A stretch of DNA of 62,069 bases, filler included, from Sphacelaria rigidula (GCA_964200075.2; 10 parts of 10 records of this genome joined end to end with filler, not necessarily neighbours in it), one strand, 5' to 3'; shown: positions 24,511 through 38,168, numbered from the whole stretch's first letter. The notes: generated by a model from the letters alone, not told the origin. Numbers and translations: made by a program.

Positions 24511-25060
24511 TGCTTCTATTATATTATATAATATAGTATATACTGCCCCTTGATGAATATTCATATATAATTATATATCGTATAAAAAATGTTGTATAAC
24601 ATATAGTATAGTATATATTAAGGAGAAGAAGCATATGTATGATATAGACCTATTATATAGACCCATATTATATGACATATAATATATGGCATATAATATA
24701 TGACATATAATATATGACATTGTGGGAGATATCCCTTTGCAGTGACATATCAGAGACTGATGTCACACATNNNNNNNNNNNNNNNNNNNNNNNNNNNNNN
24801 NNNNNNNNNNNNNNTTAATTAATTAANNNNNNNNNNNNNNNNNNNNNNNNNNNNNNNNNNNNNNNNNNNNAACCAGAACAACAAAAAAAACTAGCAAACA
24901 CATCCTTGGGCCAAGATACAAAAAAAAAAAAAAAAAGCAAAAAAAAGCGAACACTGCACCACACAGAAAAACACAATACGACACGCCAGATAAGAAGCAA
25001 AAAAAAGGGAAAAAAAACAACTTGAAACAAAGAGCTGCAGCAACAACGAGAAGGGAAAAA

Positions 25061-25095
<35 letters not shown>

Positions 25096-25298
25096 TAAAA
25101 TAAAAAAAAAACACAAGCACACAGAAGCAGAAGCAAGCTACGGAGAAAACACTGCGCGCATGTACCAATGAAAAAAAAAAAAAAAAAAGACACGACAAAA
25201 AAAACACCAGCCAAGCAAGACAAACCCGAGAACTAGAGAAAAACAGAAAACAAAAACGAGCAAGCACAGGGGAGAAAAAAAAAACATTCGCCGCTCAC

Positions 25299-25667
25299 CT
25301 CCGCAACATTTCAAGAAATCTCGTGGTCGTTTCTTTTGCCCCGTCCACCTTGGTCAACATCCTCATCCTCACCAACCTCCTCCTCCTCAACCCTCCATCC
25401 ATCGCACCGAGAGCACTCTGCGGACTATTCCACGGATCAGTTCCCGCGGAACCACCATTCCGGTAAAGTTCCGATTCGTTTAGAGGTACGAAAGCAGCAT
25501 CGTTGGGCGCAGTATTGCCCCACGATTTCTCAGCGATTTCGGAAGGGCTATTCCCGTACACCCAGCCGTCGGCGTCGGTGGAGGCTTGACTTTCCGTGTC
25601 CGGCATCCAGCCTGCGATCCATTCCCAGTGATCGCTCGGCAGTTGGACGTCATCGAGCGCGAAGCGG
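25299..25667 (-). CDS. Exon of a DysF (dysferlin/Pex24-type) domain protein
   Basis: LPSDHWEWIAGWMPD...DADGWVYG...LRRRRLVRMR matches the DysF W/GW.Y/RRRR signature; CAG acceptor, AG/GTGAG donor, 369 nt, phase 2-2. Confidence 0.82.
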
Positions 25668-26091
25668 CTGCCCCGCGTTGTGGATGATGACACCCGAACG
25701 CGCGTGCATCGTGCGTACCATAAGCAACAAGATATAGTTCGTTATAGGGTACGAGACGGGGTTATGTCAAAAAGTGACACTCGAGCATACATACTGTACT
25801 AGTAGAGGTTGTTACTTTTAGGATATGTGTCGGGCGATCGATAGCCGGCTGGCCATGTACGACCACGCACAGACGCCAGCAACAAGGGTAAGGAAGCGAT
25901 GTACAACTTTGTTTCGCTTGCTGGGTCAAGACTTTTTATAGTACCTTGCTCGTCATGGGCTGAACGTACATGATGGTTGGGACTCGGAGGAAGGGCGGAT
26001 TTGTATACGGTAGCGTGATGGCATTGATGAAGTGGTGCAGTAAACTACGGCTGCACCACATGTCCCACATTTCATCCTTCCTTTAAGGGGA

Positions 26092-26122
<31 letters not shown>

Positions 26123-26652
26123 CCGCATGTGAGCATCCTTTTCGCACCTCCGTGATCAGAAACAGCCAGCAAGCAATCAGCAACAACACACCACACGAGT
26201 ACCACTCGGCACCAAACAAACCCACGTTTCGGTCTAAATCGAATCCAAAGCGATCTTGAGGCTACATGGGGTAGCCCGCTGCTCCGGCCCTCCTCTTCCA
26301 TCCGTACTACCGGCGACTCTATTCGTGCCCCGATGCTCTCCCTCTCTGCTTCCACAGGCCTCAACCACGTCTTTCATGTCTCCTTCCCCAAGTGTTCCAA
26401 CGATTATCACGCGGAAAAAAAAACAACGAATATCCCGGCACCCCCAAAAAGAAGCAAATAAGCAAGCAAGCGAGAAATTGACACCGCATCACGCCACGCC
26501 ACACTCCCCCATCCTTCCACCCCTCCGTTCCTCCATCCCGACCCCGAACAAGCAAAAACAAACAGACACACACGCACAACACATACCACAACGCGAAAGT
26601 AACTCTTGATCCAAAACGAAAAAAAAAACGAACACGACAACGAAACTCTCAC

Positions 26653-26965
26653 CGTGTAACCCCTTCATCGGTCACCAAAGACAACCCCGTTCCACCCTCA
26701 CGCAGCACCATTGCCGCCTTTCCTGTTTGCGCGCCCGTACCGCCCAACCCCGCCACAACCTCTCCGATCCTACCCTTGAGCCCTTCAAACCTCGGGGACG
26801 AACGACCGTCCGACCGGATCTGAGCAACCTCGGGCGAGTAACGGTCGCGAGGTGTGGAGGGTGACCCATCGGGAGTCACGAGCTGCGGGGGTGACGGAGG
26901 CTGGCTGGTCGGCGTCCGTGCTCGTACTGGCGTGGGTGGTGTCGGGGGTGGACTGGGGCCGGCAG
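26653..26965 (-). CDS. Upstream exon of the same DysF-domain gene (Pro/Ser-rich, ending ...SLVTDEGVTR)
   Basis: Phase-2 donor CG/GTGAGA joins in frame to 25667 (VTDEGVTRRFALDDVQLP); acceptor uncertain (26965 or 26999). Confidence 0.62.
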
Positions 26966-27240
26966 CTGGGAGCGATGTGAGCGCCGCAGGGAGGGTGATC
27001 TGACTCGAACCCCACTTTCCACGGCTTGTGTGTCGTTTTGGTTGGCGTTTTTTTTTCCCGTCCAATTGAGTGCAGGTACGTGCAGGGAGCACGCGCGGTC
27101 GGGGAGGGGGGGGTCACGGAGTGAAATGGTATCTGTTTATTTTCGTGGGGAACAGTCGTGCCGTGGGAAATGCGATTAGTCAGGTAAGCGTAAGGGCTCG
27201 TGCGCGGGGGAGGCGTGGTTGCCGATGAGGGGCGGCGTGA

Positions 27241-27760
27241 GGTGTGCTCATGATCTTGCATGCCGTAGTCACAAGACCATTGACCTCGCATCCCTGCCCA
27301 AGCCGGGACGGAGCACGCCGGGTTTTTGCCGGACCGGGTTCGCACTCGATCACCAAGCGCGAAGCGCCGTGGTGTGTTCGGCGAGTCGCATTGAGGTTGA
27401 GCGGCATCCTGCAGTGATTGTTTGGCCTGAAGTGATTGCCTTGCGTATGTATGACAGCCTCGAATGAATTTCTTCGTTGTCTGGTATCACCACTTTCAGA
27501 GACAGCCACGGGCTACACGGCTACACACTGCCTCGTGGATGTCTCACCATTCAAAAACAGCATAGTGAGACCCCCCCCTTTGCGCGGAGTTCGGTCTTTC
27601 CACCTTGCACAAAATGATGTAGCTCGAGCACCATCATCATTGCCGCAAAAAAACGCAAGCGAAAAAAACCCCGGTAACCTGGTTGCCTAGCTTACGCAGT
27701 GAACGGCGTGTTTTTCAGCGTCATTCCCAACCGACGCCAACCCTCAGGAGGGGGGCCGCG
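27241..27760 (-). mobile_element. C-tract retroposon, long form lacking the 5' repeat
   Basis: Collinear with 60160-60663 (e.g. TCACTGCGTAAGCTAGGCAACCAGG identical); ends GATCATGAGCACACC. Confidence 0.85.
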
Positions 27761-27918
27761 GGGGGGGTGCTAGATGAAGCATGCCCTATACCTCGGCCCC
27801 ACTGGACAGTAAATGGTAATTAAGTGTGAGAGGAGGACATGTGTTGCGTGAGGAATTAAATTGGGCAGGTTCTCCTTTACATCGCACAACCGAACCATGT
27901 GGGGGCAACAGTTTGCAG

Positions 27919-27959
<41 letters not shown>

Positions 27960-28929
27960 ACGCCCCGCCCACCAACCACCCACCCCCCCACCNNNNNNNN
28001 NNGCAGGTTCCCCCTTACCCCCCAACACCCCCCCATGGGGGGGCAACGGGTGGCACGCCCCCCCCCCCCCCCCCCCCCCCCCCCGCAGACGGTAGTGCAG
28101 GGAAAGACACCTACACGTGGCTGCATTCATCGATGGATTCATCTCGAAACTACCTGTACCTGATCCGTTGCGGTATCGGCCGTGGTCGAAACAGGGCACA
28201 GACATCCCCAAGGCAAAGAAAACAAAACAGGAGACACTTGCCAGGACCGAACTCGAGTCGCGAGAGCATTGACAGAACAAGGACGAGAACAACGAGGCCA
28301 ACAACATCAACAATAATAACCACGACACAAGCGCACACGCACACACAATCACAAAACACACACGCAAACACACACACAAAAGAGCAATAAACACAGGACG
28401 CTAACCGCTGTGAGGCCGTCATAACGACAAGGCCGAGTATTGTCGTCCCCCAAAGCCTCAAATTCTCGTACCGCCCACGGGCATCCATCTTTCGAATGGA
28501 GATCATATTGCACATGAAAAACGTTTCGCACATATCCCAAAGGCCGGCGTTCAGAAGGATAAACGAAGTCAACGTCCCCCACGAGTCACTCCCCTGTAGG
28601 CTCCCGCCCGGCGCGCGCATCTTACCTATCCCTACCCTGCCACTCGAAGATCGCCTCTTCCTGACGAACGCCCTCGCTCACGCCCGCCGCCCACGGTGTT
28701 CTGTGCAACAGCAGCATCACCGAAGGATCCACACCAGGCGTGTCTCGAAGCAGGGGAAACGAGCCAGCTGTCCCCGGGGTCTGAGTTCGGGCGCACAAAC
28801 GGTTCCCGCTCAAAGGGGTGGAGGATGATTGAGTAGTATGTAAGCTTGTGTTGGACATGTATGTATTTTTCGGTAGGAGCGTTTTATGCTGTTACTCAAC
28901 TCTTTGAGTTCGGTCCTGGCCCGATGTCC

Positions 28930-29650
28930 GTATTGATTTTGTTAGATTGATTTCGTTTGATTATCGCGCGTTACCTGATTACCGGGGTACCCGGCAGTGG
29001 TCATTATCCACGAGGTGAACAAAACGGACACACTCACCGAAGAGAAGAAAAAAAAAGAGGAGGATGGAAGAGAGGAACGGAGTAGACAAGAAATTGGAGG
29101 AAAACACACATACACACAAGAAAAAGCAAAAAAGCAGAAAGACGGATGAGAAAAACAGGGTAGACAAAAAAAAAAGACAAGAAAGAAGCAGGAAGATGGA
29201 GGAGAAAACACAGGGGGGACCTAAAAAATGGAAGAAAAAAAAGCAGAAAGATGGAGGAGAAAAAACAGGGTAGACCAGAAACAAATAGGCGAAAAGAAGA
29301 CACGCTGACGAAAAAAGTGTCCGTCAAATGAACAACAGGATGCCCGAAGTTAATGCACGTATAGGAACAGTTCGGTGCGTTCGCGGACCAAAGAGCGTGA
29401 GTTGAGTGTCCAGCAGAGGAGATGCTCAGAGGTGTCCTGATAACGCTGAGGTATTGAAATCTTCGCGGTTTGACCACCTACATATGTCGTTGTTCTTGTA
29501 GGGGAAAAAAATGGAATCCGACGGTAAATTTCTTCTTGAGGACCAACTGTGAACCCTGGGCGATAGACCGAATATCCAGTTCGTACACCATTATCCCTCC
29601 GCCGACAGCATGGGGTCAGCCATCTCAAGAGTAGCACAAAATCAGTGCTC
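28930..29650 (-). mobile_element. 5'-truncated LINE: ORF2 C-terminal relic, pyrimidine-rich 3' UTR and CAAT-like tail
   Basis: ...QDTSEHLLCW...RERTELF, then T/C-rich tract, then TGGATAATGACCAC...GATAATCAAACGAAATCAATC. Confidence 0.6.
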
Positions 29651-30835
29651 ATGGGGGTACCGTGAATATGGTAACTTGGATCTCCGCCTCGACTTCCTAA
29701 TCATGGCGCGCGTTTATACCTCATACTTACATTTTTTCGGGAATTCCAGCCTGTGATTTTCAAGCGAAGAAATCGCGGGGAAATGTGTCAAATAGCCCGA
29801 TATAGGTACCACCACTCCACGTGGTTCTAGACTTTGGTTCCAAAAAAATCCAACTCACAAAGTTGGTTCGAAAAATGGTTCTGTTTCACCGTGAGACTCC
29901 AAACGCCCGCTCGAAGGGTCCCTGCTCACCGCTTTACTTGTACTCGTCGTGGAAGCACTTCCCCATGACTCTGTTCCTTCCCCAGGAGTCGCATTGCTCA
30001 AAGACTGAACTACGTTCTTGAGTTGTTCCACCTGTGGGTGAGGGGGGGGGGTAGGGAGAAAAAGATAAGAAGGAGTCAACAAATCGAATCATATTTCGAC
30101 ATGATGCAAAAAAAAAGTCCACAAGAAACAAAATAAAAAATATGCGACAAAAAAAAAGAAGAATGATAAAACGTACAGTAAAACCAACCCCTCAGCAACT
30201 CAACAAGTTGTTCAGTTTCCCTGGCCCAGCTGGTACAGCAATAGCAAAAAAAAAAGAAAAAAGCATCGAGTACCGTCGTGGTAATCGAGATACGCGGCTT
30301 GCCGTCTCTCTATTCTGTTGTGCAAACGTTGAAACTTCGGTCAATAAAATGAAAATATATACACATACAGTGCATCACATATACATACATATGTATATAC
30401 ATATATATATGTATCTTTCGAAAACTGACATCGACCACAGCTGTGCCTAACCTACATGGCTAAATTCCGTGAATTTTTTCACACCCCAGACGGGTCGATA
30501 CATGACATGATATTTTATTCCTAAAAACAAAATTGCTACACCCGGTGACCTAAATTTAAATGGCACAACTGACACCACAAGGACATGAGAAACGTCAAAA
30601 CCAATCAAAGACCTTCCCGAACAGGATCGAGCACCAACGTGCATCACGGAAAGATCCGAGAATATGCTCTCTTTCACACAAAATGATCTACCTACTCGCC
30701 TAAGATGCAAGCAGCAAGCGCCCCGGGCTCTACTACGAGCGCGCGTTCGAACTACAGTACAAAGGCTGCTCAACACCGGGGGGACCTTTCAAAGACTGCG
30801 GGGAATAGCAGCCCCCCCTCCCCCTAAGACGATTT

Positions 30836-30987
30836 CTCCGTCTCGAAAGAGATGCGCGGTCACTGGTCAAACGACTAAGGAAAGCAATAAATAACTACTC
30901 CCCCCCCCCCCCCCCCTCGCCTGGTCCGGCGAGAACCCGGCGTGCTCCGTCCCGGCTTTGTAGGGGCGGACCCCCGATGGGGTTGGC
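30836..30987 (+). mobile_element. Subfamily B copy (30836-30900), its C-run, then the 5' start of a long subfamily A copy (30919 to contig end)
   Basis: CTCCGTCTCGAAAGAGATGCG...ACTACT(C)n then GCCTGGTCCGGCGAGAACCCGG...GGACCCCCGATGGGGTTGGC, as at 60109. Confidence 0.8.
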
Positions 30988-31100
30988 NNNNNNNNNNNNN
31001 NNNNNNNNNNNNNNNNNNNNNNNNNNNNNNNTTAATTAATTAANNNNNNNNNNNNNNNNNNNNNNNNNNNNNNNNNNNNNNNNNNNNCACGCATCACCCA

Positions 31101-32112
31101 TGTTGTACGTGTGGAGACTACAGTCGGTATAATATGTGCCGGTTGGCGTGTAACGTATGCGCAGAAATACTCGCACACCTACATCTGTTGAGCAGATATC
31201 AATCTATGCCCTATGCTCGAACTCCTTGTCTACCTTCCTGGTTTGTCTGGATTCTGTATCGTCTCGAGAAGCACCGCCCTACCTGGGCATTGAGCAGCCT
31301 GCAGAGCTTTGCACACTTAACAGAGGATTCTATAAAATGAGGTTCATCAATGAAATGAGGTTCGAGCTCAAAACAGTACTTTCTCCACGCTTTCAGCGAT
31401 GGTGTCCAATGACTTTTTTGTCGGCCTACTGCCCATCTATCGCGTAGATACTTCTTCAGCGCATTTTATCGACTCTGTGAGCTTACAGCGCTGTCCGAAA
31501 CCGCCATTTCTCCTTATTTTTTGGAGGGGTGATATCAGGGAAAACAGCAGTTTCGGTCAGCGCTGTAAGCTCACAGAGTCAGTAAAATGCGCTGAAAAAG
31601 TATCTACGCAATCGAGGGGCATTAGGCCGACAAAAACATCATTGGGCACCATCGCTGGAAGTGTGCAGAAAGTACTGGTTTGGGTTCGAACCTCATTTCA
31701 TTGATGAACCTCACTTTATAGAATCCTCTGTTAAGAGGAGTGAGAGCGTTGCGTATCAAAAACGCATTCCCTAGCCCAAAACATATCCCTTCCTACAAAC
31801 ATACAGGTGTATGCCTGTGTACCATGAAGAAGGCTCCTCGGAACATGAAGCTCTACCTCATAGCCCGATATCCATGGTCAATATACCCGTATATATGAGA
31901 ATGGTCAACTCAAACATCTCACACCCACCCTTGGTCCTGCTCAGTATCAACGAACTGCCGACCCTTTCACAACTATGCTGCCAAGAACTAAGTAAGAAAA
32001 CTCGGTCCCGCCGGGAAGAAAACTTACTCAGCCGCGCACAGGCGCCGCAAAATCACCTTTCAAGACATTAGAAAAGATAAGAGCCGGAATCCCCTCCACA
32101 ACACGTGTCACA
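31101..32112 (-). mobile_element. Probable 3' LTR of the Copia element (~600 bp without the MITE inside it)
   Basis: TG...CA ends with imperfect IR TGTTGTACGTGT / ACACGTGTCACA; purine-rich PPT-like GAAAGGGCGAGCA directly upstream on the minus strand. Confidence 0.6.
31321..31730. mobile_element. Fold-back MITE with TTAA TSD, 410 bp (piggyBac/Kolobok-type target)
   Basis: Long IR CAGAGGATTCTATAAAATGAGGTTCATCAATGAAATGAGG... / ...CCTCATTTCATTGATGAACCTCACTTTATAGAATCCTCTG; TTAA at 31317-31320 and 31731-31734; diverged relative at ~49587-49637. Confidence 0.9.
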
Positions 32113-32218
32113 TGCTCGCCCTTTCACGTAGAAGGCTCTTTGCGCCATTCAGTACAAAAACCGTACCCCAAAAAGTCGACAAAAAAGAAGTAGCTAGCAC
32201 AGATGTAAACTACTCAGC

Positions 32219-35200
32219 CTACTTGATATTCATAGTGAAATCCCTGTGGTACTCGAACCTTAGTTCAGGCAAAGCCTTGATCATAATGTCCGTATGTTGA
32301 GCTTCTGACCGTATGTATTCCAACCGATTTTTACCATCATTACGTAGTTCACGTAGAAAATGATGGCGTACATCAATACGTTTACTCCGACCACTACTCA
32401 GCGGGTTGTTGGCCAGTTGACTAGCATTCTGATTATCTTGAAATACCGTAACACTATCTCCTCAACATCCGGTTGAATGAAGTTGAGAATACCCCGCACG
32501 AACAGCACCTCTCTAGCCACCTCGCCAGCTGCCACCTACTCTGCTTCACTACTGGACAATGAGACATCGCCCTGGGTTCTCGATACACTTACCACAATCG
32601 CACCGCCAAATTTCAAAATACCTCCTGTTACAGAACGTTTTTCCTGCGAATTGGCATAGTCAGCGTGGGCGTAAGCCACTAGCCTCTCTTGAGTACCACG
32701 TTCGTACGTGATACCTGAATCGCGTGTGCAATTTACGTACTCCAGGATACGTACCACCCTCAGCCAGTCATCATGTTATCTGAAATCATGACGGTGTCGC
32801 GACACCTCCCTCACAGCGTCCGTGATGTCGGGGCGAGTGTTATCGGCCAGCCACATTAACGCTCCCACCGCCTGCCTGATGTACGGTACACCCACATCAG
32901 ATTCTCCACTTTTCACCTGTGTCTTCTTCGTGGTTGTAACAGATGCGGGGGTACGGGCTGTGCGTGTGACATCAAACTTGTCGATGGTTTTCTCGACAAA
33001 CGCGGACTGAGAAATCTCGGTTGTACCATTTTTCCAGTTGCGTCCGTACGCACAACCCCCGTGAAAAAACAGTTCTCCTCTAGATCCTTTGCGGAAAAAA
33101 TTGTTTCCAAAGCCTTCTTCATCTTGTTACACTGCTCCTCGTCACACACGATAAGGAGATCATTAACGCGCAGTGAGTAGTGTCTCCAAGTTATCTCCCT
33201 TTGTCAACCTGAAAATGCATGGTTCGGTCATGCACTGCTCAAACCCGTATTCCTTGAGGTCGTCACCAGCTTAGCGTTCCCAGCTCTACCTGCTTGTTTC
33301 AGGCCATAAAGAGCCCCCAAAACTCTCACGAATCGTTCAGATAAGTCTTCACAGCCATCAGTCGAACGCACGTATATCTTCTCCTCAATGGGTGACGACA
33401 TAAATGCCTGCTCTACATCCAAGTGGTACATCTCGAGCTTATTTTGGCAAGCATACGCAGTAAGTACTCTTGGTGTGAGACCAGGTGGAGTCGGGCCAAA
33501 GAGATCTTCAACATTAATATCAGGTTGTTGTGGGTTACCCAGACACACGAACCTCGCCTTGGGCTTGGTCACAAATCCGTCCTGACCTGTCTCCCAGCTG
33601 TGAAGCCACCTCGTACCAATGGCTTCACGACCCCCCGGAAGCTCATCTACCACTTCAAAAGTACCTTTTTCTAGTGGTCCTGTGAACTCACTGTGCATTG
33701 CGTGCTCCCACAGCACTCGCTTCTTTGACTCTACTGATCGACATGGGTTTTTCGATGCCGACTCTAGGTCTGTTGAATGTATTCGTTTAATACCATACTC
33801 CCCCGTCTTTGCCATGAAGACTACATATAAACTGACGGAGTAGATGTTGCTATGTAGATCCGTCATTTGTGCCAACAAGCTGCCCTCTCGAGCTCGGGTT
33901 TGCTGTCAAGTTCACGCGCTTCAGGGTCAGGGTACTCATCCCCGCCTCGTTGATGTTGATGTTGTCCAGCTCACCGTTTTCCATTATCGATGATGCTTGC
34001 TGTTGCTGGACGCGAGTTTTTTGCCGGGTGCGACCAAGCGCACGCGGTGCTTGATCACCCGTCCCGCGGAAGTTGGTGCCCCGCGCAGCATCAGGTTCAC
34101 CATCTCGCCCCCCCCGCATAATGATTCATCACCCGGGAATGAATTCGCCAGCGATGTTTGTATACTACCTTCCCTGCTCGAAGAAGTATCTTCGTCGGGG
34201 GGATCGCCATCGCTGGTATCCGCCCACCTCACACGTGAACGTGTCACGGGCATTGGAATCCGGAGCGTTTCTTCTACCGTGACTCCGTCGTCGGAAGAGA
34301 CCTCTCAGCTTGTAAACAGCGAAGTATCCCTCTCTCTCAGCGACGAAGAAACTTTTTGCTGCTTGGGAACAGAAAGCCGTTTCCATGTCAAATTACGTGT
34401 TGTGCTTACGCAACGACGCTTCGTTCGCACACGCATGGAACCACGAGGATGACTTTGAGGGGGTCCAACATAAAAGCAGTCTTGTACCTCGGCCATAGAT
34501 TCCGAAGTACGTTGCTGTTTGCAGTATCCTGACTTAAAAAATGGCAATAAGTTGAACTCGGAAAGTACCCAGTGAAACATCTTGTTCAGCGACTTCATCC
34601 CAGGGGTAGTAGTCGTTGCAGATCGGTTCGGGGCGTCGGCGGCAAAATGAATAGATTCAGCCCACAACAATCCCGTGACGTCAACTCCGTACAAACGGGC
34701 AGCACCTATCCTAGCCGCCATTGCGGTTTCCTCTAACATCGCAATTTCACGGTCTGCCACTCCATTTGTAGTGCGGGCTGTCCGCAGGAGTGAATTCCTG
34801 CTTGATGAATCGTTCCCTGCATAAGTCGCGAACCCCCCCCTTGAACTCTCCACCGGAGTCGCGGCGTGCACATTCCACAATCGAAGGAATACCATCTGCT
34901 CTTACATCTGCCAAGAACAGCTTGAAAAGTGTTGTTGTATCTGACTTCTGGCGTGCAAATTACACTCAGTTTGTTTCGCGAGGAAACGCATCGGATCAAC
35001 ATCTAGTACCTCCTACCACCCAGACTCTGTACATCCTTGGGTCCACATAGATAAACAAACACACGTTGTAGTCTCTTGACTGCACGTGTGGTTGTCTCCC
35101 GTGGAAGCGGCCGTCGTAGGTCCTTCGCCAGCCAACACCCATGCCATGACTCCAGCTCTCCCTCAAGCACCACACCAATAGCCCTAGCCGTTTCTCGAAG

Positions 35201-36470
35201 CAGTACCTCGTTCAGGTGACCGTGCGATTGGTGGAACAAATTGATGTCGACGGGACCGTTGACGGGTAAAAGGCCAGGGGCGAGCACAGCATCGACAAAC
35301 TCGTTTTCGGTTAGATCAAACTCACCGTCCAACGAGCTTGGGGGCGACGGAGGCGAGTAGCACGGGTTGTGTTCATGTACCCTTCGCGAGGGAAAACCAA
35401 ATCCTGCCCATTATTCATGGGTATACGTGCTCCTGACTTATGTACCAGTGATGGGGGGTCATTGTCAGCTGCCACCATGAGGGAAACGAAGTTGGAATCT
35501 AGCATATGTACGTGTGGTGCTACTTTCCGGAGACGTGATCGGAACTCAGAACCATGAATTTGGAAAAGTGAAGTCAAGCTTTCATACTCCTCGATGCGGA
35601 GTGTTGTGCCATTTGCAATGGTCAACCCGACGTTACCGTCGGTCTTGACATAATTGGACATACTCCCCTTCACGGGAGTAGTCATACACGACGACTCACT
35701 ACCCGCTATCCATATTTCGGCGCCCTCATGCTTTGCTTGTGCCAACACAGCCGTTTCCCTCGACCCAATCAACGATGCAATCCCTTCTAATGTTACTTGC
35801 GCGATAAACGCCCCGTTGATATGGTCGAATCGCACGTCTTGTACCACCACGGCCGATGTCTCCTGTCTAGGGCAGTTCGACACGACCAAGCTGGTCACAC
35901 TTGTCACACTTCGCTTTCAGACAGTAGCGGCTTATGTGTCCAGGCTCATCACAGCGCCAACACTTCCGAGTTTCCAATCTTGACGCAGGCGGTACAGAAC
36001 CCCCTGGTATCCGTGCCGCCGTCGGAGCAGAAGTCAATGTCGGCTTGTTCTTGTTGTTATTGGCCCGGCCCGAGCGATTCCTTGCCCCCTGCAGTTGCCA
36101 CCACCACGCTTGCCCCGACGCGGCCGGTCGCAGCGAAGAGAGCACGGCTGCTGCCTCCCTTCCCGGTCAATTTCAGCGACAAGTATTTGCCTCTGACAGC
36201 CGCCCTCATTTACGCTCGTGAAATAGCGCGCCCAGCAGAAAGGCGCATGGGGTCGAGAACGATGTTATATTCCGGAGGTAATACTGACATCATTGTGACA
36301 GTTACCACCTTGTTCGAAACGCCACGTTATTTTACATACATCTCCGCAGCAACGTTCTCGATCTCAAGGAAAGTAAGTTCGGGGTCAGTCCCCGACTTGT
36401 GCTGTGTAGCATTGAATTTATCAAGCAACGCCACCCCAGCACCTACAGAAACCGGACAGTAATGATCTTT
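32219..36470 (-). pseudogene. Decayed Ty1/Copia gag-pol
   Basis: Order gag, zinc knuckles (CWRCDEPGHISRYC), protease-like WIAGS, GAG-pre-integrase (HQSHGHLN), integrase (NGVADR, LWAES), RT (KARFVCLG, HLDVEQAF, ALYGLKQAGR), RNase H (AYAHADYA, SSSEAE, HIDVRHHFLRE); many stops and frameshifts. Confidence 0.95.
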
Positions 36471-37865
36471 CAGTTGTGACCAAGCGAGTTAAGGCGAACC
36501 ACATCGTAGAACGATTTGCGAATGGACAGTGGCCTAGAAAAGTTATACTTTCCCGTTCTGTGCCTTTTTTTGTCTAAGAAGGGTACGAAAAACGGCCAGA
36601 AACGCGACAACAGCTGAACATGCCGTTTGGACCGTTTTCGCTCCGAATTTTTTATGCACATCACTCGGGAGGGGGCTTGGCACCCGGGCCTCGAAAACAA
36701 AACGGGCAAGAAACATGTCATTCGCGATATATGGCCACGCGAAAATGGACGTCTCGCCTCCAGAAACCGTTTATCCGTTCTAGGCCGAAAATTCACCAGG
36801 TATACCTGATTCAGGAATTATTTTTCAATCGTTTGTTATGGTATTTGAAGGGACTAGGGTCGATGAGGTACAGCAACGTTCTGGACGTACAGATCTCGGA
36901 GTAAGTGAACGTTTGGATATGAATCGTGATTAGCCGTCGACAGATGTCAGCTTGTTGGAAGATCCAATTTGATGTTCTGAAAAAGTCGATGAGAGATACA
37001 CAGTATGGTTGATGTCTGCACATCGAATGGTAATGTGCACAACCGATAGTGTTCCTGGAACGTTCGTTGGATGGAGGATTTCGGCTCTTTGGTTTTTGTA
37101 CCATGGTTAGATACAGATGTAATTCCTGCGTAAGGAGCCATCCTACGATAGGGGTGGGGGTATTTTGGGGCATTTGTTGCTCGAAATATCGAGTCAGATC
37201 GTCGNNNNNNNNNNNNNNNNNNNNNNNNNNNNNNNNNNNNNNNNNNNNTTAATTAATTAANNNNNNNNNNNNNNNNNNNNNNNNNNNNNNNNNNNNNNNN
37301 NNNNCTTTATTCGACGATTATTACGCTATGCGGACCACGGCCCAATTCGCTTCCGGTGATGATATATTGCTCTGCCAGGTTAAATCTGTTTCTGGGCTGG
37401 CCCAGCTCGTACGGCATCGCTGTAGTTCACCGTACAGCACCGCGATGTACTGTTGTAGGGTTCTGCATTGCACTCTCTATACTGCACTGGCTGTACTCTA
37501 CACTGCACAGCCCTACAGCACTACAGTACACTGTGGTGCACCGGTGGATTCAAGTACTATAGGTGCAATGAAGCGTGGTGTACGGCACGTGCGGTGCCGC
37601 AGGGTGTGGTACAGCAAATGGTGTCTTGACTTGTGCATTTTCGGACTGCACCTGACCGCACGCTGGGCGATCGCACATTTATTTGGCGGCACAACCTGCG
37701 GCCAATCACTGCGGGGAAAAAAAGTACACATAAAGCCACGTCACATCAGCTTCCGCTATGAACTTGTTGGCGTCCACTCTGAAGTTTCGACGCTTCCACT
37801 CTGCACTCTGACTCTATGATCAGAAACAAAATCTTCCGAAAAACTCTATCACTGTAGTACATCCC

Positions 37866-38168
37866 ATGCATACAAGACAGCACCATCTGTACTGTTGTCC
37901 GTGCTGTCCGTACAATCGAGTACTACGGTGCAGCGAAATTGCAGTTCAGTTTAGGTTTGTGCATGCAGCGTGTTGCGAACAGACGTCGCTATGCAGTATA
38001 CAGATTGCCTACGCACCCAAGCCTTGTAGATTCAGGACCGTACTAACAGTACACACAATACTATGAATAGCGCTACTGTTGTAGTATTACAGCCAATGCA
38101 TACAGTACAGCCCTGTCTGTACTGTTGTCCGGGCTGTCCTTTCAGTCAAGTACCACCGTGCAGTGAAG
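37866..38168 (+). repeat. ~70-bp imperfect direct repeat, 230-bp offset, in a TACAG/CTGTA-rich low-complexity tract
   Basis: ATGCATAC...TCTGTACTGTTGTCCG.GCTGTCC at 37866 and 38096. Confidence 0.7.

Noticed and set aside
26226..26372. Purine-rich candidate exon of the DysF gene
   Set aside because: Phase-compatible acceptors lead to an in-frame stop, and the flanking exons join in frame without it
27866..28085. Apparent duplication and poly-Pro/poly-Gly ORFs around the 10-N gap at 27993-28002
   Set aside because: 28003-28060 looks like a C-corrupted re-read of 27866-27925 next to a homopolymer, i.e. a sequencing/scaffolding artefact
28408..28594. Candidate minus-strand exon (GDVDFVYPSERRPLG...)
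   Set aside because: Implied upstream intron is only ~30 nt and the frame cannot be fixed from sequence alone
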